Positions 18,201 through 20,000 of a DNA stretch of 20,000 nt are shown piece after piece. Within the stretch, counting starts at the first letter, position 1; every line of letters begins with the position of its first letter. The position numbers were made by a program, and so were the translations under genes. Below the pieces are notes generated by a model. The model had not been told where the DNA came from. It ran no database searches and was given only the letters and a program-made list of their open reading frames with translations. Source of the DNA: an uncultured virus (IMG/VR IMGVR_UViG_3300023435_000001) (taxonomy: Duplodnaviria; Heunggongvirae; Uroviricota; Caudoviricetes); IMG/VR virus record IMGVR_UViG_3300023435_000001; one strand, given 5' to 3'.

Positions 18201-18541
18201 CCTCCAAGATAACTAAAAGCCATAGATAGCAGAAGTGAGGGCGCTGATGCCCAAATGGTTGATGCTATCCACCCAATAGCTTGAAATATGAATCCAGGTC
18301 TTGGAGTTATTTCAATCTTATCGCCTGGAATAACATTAGTACTAAGTAATAGGTCATGGGCAACTACCTCACGATTTACTAGAATCTCTTTTGAACCTAA
18401 ATTCTCCGCGTAATTACTACAGACAGCGTGTAGCGTTTCACGCCGATAAGGTCGCACGAAATAATCAGCGAATAAAGGCTTATCGGCTGTGTCCTTATAC
18501 ACAATTATTTCAACTCTTTTTGGTTTTGTACTAACAGACAT
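15251..18541 (-). CDS. Tail tip / host-specificity protein (lambda gpJ-like, with a gpI-like N-terminal segment)
   Basis: 1096 aa directly after the L-like and K-like genes. EITPRPG plus a hydrophobic segment (gpI-like), GIPIAEEYG, CEGP, VYINNQP, LGTDDQ, YQLRVTK, HPGIAMIG. C-terminal HxH repeats. Confidence 0.85.
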   Translation of the reverse strand: MSVSTKPKRVEIIVYKDTADKPLFADYFVRPYRRETLHAVCSNYAENLGSKEILVNREVVAHDLLLSTNVIPGDKIEITPRPGFIFQAIGWIASTIWASAPSLLLSMAFSYLGGMLFQQNLPESDGKQGTGEQSFGFDTANTQVEGIPIAEEYGENIRYGNIASRWTNIDENGDEQLYLKIVHCEGPTSGVDLQKVYINNQPVGNFADVTVTQNLGTDDQTAMAGFEVDKVEIRDNAEITSADGAQTFNLPRSGFDEIEFTLGFDRGIYHYDKTGDQESSYVGAKVEIAVVGSGSWTTLVNENVIRNQLAPYYKEYSTEDSSISFTINRSSHYQLRVTKTSTDRNKSRYGDEVRLRSYRGVIDVAFNHPGIAMIGIIAKASDRLQGAVQVKCVREGKILRVYNGTSWNWEYSNLRAWVVYNMLTQPSVTGNGSSIAYDVEFYELFQPSSMNTAFFYEWAQLCATLVDDGDGGTTEILPCNIMINQSSELWKTCFQIASIGRARLYWDGLELTGWLDQAWDGDYEIITDQNILADSWLQEWTQPINRAGTCVIDYEDADRGYKRIKWPISNSSAGNYTNKIDIMGLGIKKRALATRVAAFALGRNQLINEFNTFAMYKDALLYELGGVYKIQRTKPNWGKSYLVLESDDSSGSELTLDRDASTDDIGNKIYIRSYVPSSGQVLTHDYTITGITGPLISIAPASLSYDVSYRDIVTIGAETDFVIRRIINKQWNSDHTYTIAVENYAPDLFDIDSVAPTVDYPEYTPAHTENKLAEPSSLFNVQTMIANALPQQPSSDIPWTSNLTWDHTGSSGTATWEATDGTNPIYFRFKDTTYNITADSTDKEFIYWDPDFTTIFRTTDDINEAIASGNWLMAVNDNDNGVVHPANGMQLIHAGVLLAGTIRASAYAELRQTMAWNGNDSGDAAHPVTLDFKIPSETTDIISVKLSFKIRDFRAYSTSDAEEASLTMQSFAGPVLTVSTNISGLTSYAAPNNPHNHSIASSHTHPTTDLGHTHIMLAHTHGLVFGIYEESNSITLHYNVDDGSGYGSSSGDYTGDQIDIDITSLISGTGWKSVRFTVDDLCRITAIVEVKVDITA

Positions 18542-18848
18542 AATAGCCTTTTACGTATTTTAAAATGCGCTTATCTAATCTACTTTTTATAACGTAAACT
18601 CCTGAAGGTCGTTCAATAGCGTGTAAGATGTGTAAGCAATCCGGCCAGATAAGAGCAGTATGCCAAATATTACCTTCAAATTGAAATAGAACTATTGAAT
18701 GTAATGAACATTTTTCAAATCTAGTCATTTGCCAAACTGAGTCTGGTAAACTAATTCCGAGGGTTTTACAGCTAAATCTACAAAATGACCAGCAAGGGAG
18801 CATCCCTTTTTCAGGTTCAAAAATAGTGTTTAAGTATCGGTTTAACAT
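18531..18848 (-). CDS. NlpC/P60-like tail assembly protein (lambda gpK-like)
   Basis: CWSF (catalytic Cys position), WHTALI and ILHA. Sits between the L-like and J-like genes. Confidence 0.65.
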   Translation of the reverse strand: MLNRYLNTIFEPEKGMLPCWSFCRFSCKTLGISLPDSVWQMTRFEKCSLHSIVLFQFEGNIWHTALIWPDCLHILHAIERPSGVYVIKSRLDKRILKYVKGYYVC

Positions 18849-19474
18849 TAGACTTCCATTGATGCATTATCAAGGCCTAAAAATGCACCCCAATTTTCTG
18901 CGTTACCTTTAGCGTAACAGTCCTCGAATGTACCAGTGCATGAGGAATCACCACCAGAATATCGACAACGTGATTTTTTAAACCGAACTGGGTCTGCATT
19001 TGGACAAATACTTGAAGAAAATTCCCGTAAAGGTATGCGCTTATGCATCGGATTCGGTGCACCTAATGTGAAATAGATCCAGTTCGAATCACACTTTGAA
19101 GTCAGGTTTTCATAATCAACTTCTAACGCCGGTATAGCTTCACTTAAGAAGTCATTATTAACTTTAATTAACTTTATGTCAGCATTCGCAGCCCCATTAG
19201 TCTCTTGAAGTAATGTATATATTGTAGAATTCAAAGCCGATGTGCGAAGTGTGATCGTTGGAATAGTACCTGTACTATTTACATCTCTTGCACCTACTTG
19301 TAAATCATCTGGACTATACAGATCACTTCCGTAGTCTACTTCCTCATTATTATCGGTTATTCGTTGCGTAGTTTCACTCGGCACAGCGATTTGCACACAC
19401 CATGACCACTGATTCTTATCCATCGGGTTGAGTAAACTCTCCCGAAAACTATCTGGTAACGTTACAGTCATCAT
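18848..19474 (-). CDS. Minor tail protein (lambda gpL-like)
   Basis: C-terminal IPLR..SSIC...RCRYSG...CTGTFEDC...WGAFLGL, a four-Cys pattern as in gpL-type proteins, plus synteny. Confidence 0.78.
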   Translation of the reverse strand: MMTVTLPDSFRESLLNPMDKNQWSWCVQIAVPSETTQRITDNNEEVDYGSDLYSPDDLQVGARDVNSTGTIPTITLRTSALNSTIYTLLQETNGAANADIKLIKVNNDFLSEAIPALEVDYENLTSKCDSNWIYFTLGAPNPMHKRIPLREFSSSICPNADPVRFKKSRCRYSGGDSSCTGTFEDCYAKGNAENWGAFLGLDNASMEV

Positions 19475-19494
19475 CGGTCCTTTACATTATTATA

Positions 19495-20000
19495 TTAGTT
19501 ATCCACTCGCCCAATTTCGATATAATCATTATCTGCTTGAACATATAAAATAAGTACATCATCAAGTGCAGCCGTCCAGGACGCAGATAAATTAAAATTG
19601 CCGCTATCACCGATAGTAGAGCTGTTTGAATCACTACCACCGATAATACGCACGATTAATCCTACAACTGGGTTATCTAAATCTGTGATCGCTGTGGCCC
19701 CTGTGTTGGCAGATGTAACGTAAATAGTGCCCGTCGAAACATCAGGCGTTACGTCATCTGCCGCTATTGTAGTACTAGTGAAAGATACAACGCCGTTACT
19801 ACTCACAGTCACATTAGAGGCATCACTACCTAACTGCCAAGTGCCGTCTTTCTTAATATCACCGGACCGTACCCAAGTAATAGTTCCATCAGCAGCACCT
19901 GCATCGGTATTATAGAATCGTATTTCTCCCGAAGTAAACTGGATCAGAGAAGCCTCATCAGCGACTATGTACTTATCTATTCCAGTATTAGTATGTCGAA
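19495..20000 (-). CDS. Tail fibre/virion structural protein, C-terminal part (partial)
   Basis: The frame of the 19495..19812 ORF has no stop up to the window edge (...IDKYIVADEASLIQFTSGEIRFYNTDAGAADGTITWVRSG...). T/S/G/D-rich, beta-type composition. Located in the tail module. Confidence 0.65.
   Translation of the reverse strand, partial: RHTNTGIDKYIVADEASLIQFTSGEIRFYNTDAGAADGTITWVRSGDIKKDGTWQLGSDASNVTVSSNGVVSFTSTTIAADDVTPDVSTGTIYVTSANTGATAITDLDNPVVGLIVRIIGGSDSNSSTIGDSGNFNLSASWTAALDDVLILYVQADNDYIEIGRVDN

Noticed and set aside
1917..19915. Plus-strand ORFs (1917, 4491, 4777, 5081, 6312, 6919, 10902, 15597, 19727) and nested minus-strand ORFs (4487, 5058, 9437, 18877)
   Set aside because: All lie within or antisense to longer, better-supported genes and have no recognisable motifs. 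They are treated as shadow ORFs.
15251..20000. Diversity-generating retroelement or tail-fibre shufflon
   Set aside because: No reverse transcriptase, no TR/VR-like repeat pair and no invertase or repeated crossover sites were seen in the tail genes.

Overview
AT-rich fragment of a tailed dsDNA phage or prophage genome, probably siphovirus-like. Every credible gene is on the minus strand. In transcription order (right to left): (1) the end of a tail module, with a partial tail-fibre-like gene, a lambda gpL-like gene, an NlpC/P60 gpK-like gene and a 1096-aa gpJ-like tail tip; (2) a ~340-bp non-coding region with two TAAGT-N15-ACTTA dyad sites; (3) eight translationally coupled glycan/modification genes (DUF115/MptE-like, two GT2-type, an NTP-transferase, a double GT-A-like fusion, a SAM methyltransferase, another GT-A-like protein and an FkbM methyltransferase); (4) a 231-bp non-coding element bounded by a perfect 22-bp inverted repeat, containing a sigma70-like promoter, (TA)9 and a third dyad site, followed by a ninth, separate glycosyltransferase; (5) a replication module with an SNF2 helicase, two hypotheticals, a putative SSB, a DnaG-type primase fused to an MCM-type helicase, a beta-class DNA methyltransferase and small ORFs. 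The strongest candidates for novelty are the glycosylation cluster, the inverted-repeat element (invertible promoter or replication origin) and the DnaG-MCM fusion. All family calls come from reading motifs by eye; no searches were run.
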